NCBI GenBank assembly: GCA_002633005.1
Contig: NMRA01000413.1
Coordinates: 51,251-115,250, forward strand
Reading direction: 5' to 3'
Origin: Phoronis australis
Taxonomy: Eukaryota; Animalia; Phoronida
DNA: 64,000 bases
The position numbers and the translations under genes are program-made. Shown here piece by piece: positions 61,820 through 64,000 of this stretch. The number at the start of each line of letters is the position of its first letter. Within the stretch, counting starts at the first letter, position 1. The notes beneath the pieces were generated by a model. That model was not told the origin of the DNA and did not search any database. It saw only the letters and a list, made by a program, of their open reading frames with translations.

Positions 61820-64000
61820 GGTTTAATTTATTTAAAACAACACATCATACAGGGAGCGGATCACCTTTAGAGACAAGGGATATATGAGTGATGGAGCATA
61901 GGACGTGCCATTACATAGTCATAGTTGTGAAAAAACAAAAAACAACCAGGGTCATTTTTATAAAGCAAACCTCAAACCAGTAGCCACAGAACCCAACATA
62001 AGGTTCAATATATCAGAATAACCCTCAGCTTTTGGTGGTAAGGGAAGGAGATGAAATTTCAAGAAATGGAAAATACTTCCATAAGATACGTCGGGCTGGA
62101 GAACAGATCTACCCCTGAGGTTGATATCTTCGTCCATATTTTTATACACACATTACCAACTGAAAGTAGGTCAATTCAACCACTATCTGGTTTTATGATC
62201 TACACCAGGAGAAAGACAGTTTTAATACATTTTCAATTCTGGGTAACTTCAACTGAGCAATCCCTCATCTAGCCCTCAAGATGGATAGGCTGTGGAGAAG
62301 AAAAACAAGACTTCAAAGTTGCCCACTATAATGCCTATGGAGAAGGACTACCACATACAGCTCACATATAACAAGCACACAATCTTAAAACAAATGCAAT
62401 GCCAAAATATGACTTCAGACAACAACATGTTCATCAATAAACAAAATGATTGTCAATTAGACATGCACAATAGAGTCAAAAATAAAATAATCAGAGTGTG
62501 TCATGGTTACCACAACAATAATACTGAACAACCTAATCTAAGTAGCTAACAGTACAAACAAAGTTACTTCCAAACTAAACACAATCAAACTCAGCAGCTG
62601 ATCTGTGCAAAGTGAGTGAGTAACAAGCAGGAAATGTCACCATGGTGATGACCACTCTCCAGACTTTGTTTTGCCATTTTGCCTTCAGTAGAAGCACGCT
62701 GCTATCTCACTCAGTGCTGACTGCCAACAGTCAACAACAGGTTGTGTACAGACAGTCATTCCAGAGCACTTAGCTTGCATGCAGTTAGCCACCAAACTCG
62801 ACAAATTAGTCCAAACCTTATCACGTACAACCAAGCTTGTTTAGCAGCAGTTTTCTATGTTAAAGGATGCATTAATAAAACGAGTAAGCATGCTCAATCA
62901 AGAAACAAAAATTCAAACCATCTGTAGGTGGCGCTAGTGTAACAACTGTTTGATGAACAGAACTGTATGTATGCAGGTCACAGAGATTCATTACCTGACT
63001 TTACGGTTGCAGACTGCTTTTTGTCCTCGATTTGTTCAGTAACGGCCCATTTTCACACTGTTTTTGTTTGGTTAAGATTGAGCTTGCATCTATTGATTTT
63101 CACACAATATCAGATGCTAATTTACAATTGGTTCAAACGTCTCATCAAGTTGAGCTCAGACAAATCAGTAGAAAGAAGGGTAACACAATGATGCGATGAA
63201 TGTCAAAGCATCTAACATCAAACATCGGCAACAACAGGGGGCAGTACCAACGCTACCGTTTAATTGCCACTGTCCATCAGTGAATAAATGCTTTCAATGG
63301 CATGCCCAATGAGCAGTAAGATGCTTTAACAACATGGTATGTATGTTCAGGTAACACAACACAATGCTCTTGACTGGTAAATGATAACATGTTTGTACAG
63401 CGCTCAATGGCAGGGGATCTGTTTCTAAAACTTAAGATTTAAGACAGAAATTTGGTCATACACTCCCACTTTAGAATTATTGTTGAATAAACGCTTACAC
63501 AGTAATAATGTGTGCATCACAGTCTATAACACACAGTAATAATGTGTGCATCACAGTCTATAACACACAGTAATAATGTGTGCATCACAGTCTATAACAC
63601 ACAGTAATAATGTGTGCATCACAGTCTATAACACACAGTAATAATGTGTGCATCACAGTCTATAACTAATTTAGAGAAACTATCTCAGTAACTACCAGTA
63701 ATATTCTCAGACTTTCACTTTTGCTCAAGTGAGATTTAATTATTTTTTATAAATTGTTGTGTGGAGTCTAGCACCAAATTTCTGTCCATTAAATTAAACA
63801 CAAATCAAAAGGGCTGAAATAACTGTCCTTGCTTCATATGCTACCCAAAATAATAGCTTTCTTAAAAAAAAACTGGTGAAGTATCTATCCCCCTACAGAA
63901 GATAATTCCTTAAGAAATGGCAAAATATTGTTGATTCATTATAATAACTGTCGTCTTGGTTAAGTAATTCTTAGATTGACACATATATAAAGCAAATACG
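61820..64000 (-). other. Probable 3'UTR of a minus-strand gene whose CDS lies beyond the window
   Basis: Minus-strand AATAAA at 61827-61832; CpG-poor and CA-rich on + (TG-rich on -), mirroring the SLC6 3'UTR. No coding evidence inside the window. Confidence 0.35.
63497..63666. repeat. Minisatellite, 5 perfect copies of 34 bp (ACACAGTAATAATGTGTGCATCACAGTCTATAAC)
   Basis: Units start at 63497, 63531, 63565, 63599 and 63633, identical and without spacers. Confidence 0.97.

Noticed and set aside
63497-63666. 34-bp repeats of CRISPR-like length
   Set aside because: They are head-to-tail with no spacers, so this is a minisatellite.

Overview
Eukaryotic (animal, most likely invertebrate bilaterian) genomic DNA, about 38% GC by eye, with three assembly gaps. 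There are two spliced protein-coding genes, both on the + strand. The first is the last five coding exons of an ACSF2-type acyl-CoA synthetase (263-15015). The second is an apparently complete 13-exon SLC6 Na+/Cl--dependent amino-acid (glycine-transporter-like) gene (36379-49192, 676 aa by my exon assembly). A probable minus-strand 3'UTR enters from the right edge. The rest is dense with non-autonomous transposons. The most notable signals are: (a) three co-oriented Helentron-type (HINE/DINE-like) elements in ACSF2 introns whose internal higher-order satellite carries 26 same-strand CTCF-consensus-like motifs at roughly 150 bp spacing; (b) a 1.1 kb element with perfect 19-bp inverted repeats flanked by an identical 40-bp direct repeat with dyad symmetry, resembling a recombination site more than a normal target-site duplication (TSD); (c) a perfect in-frame 33-nt duplication that adds an N-glycosylation sequon to SLC6 extracellular loop 2; (d) four-level nested transposons. 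All coordinates and alignments were read by eye, and superfamily assignments of elements are inferences.
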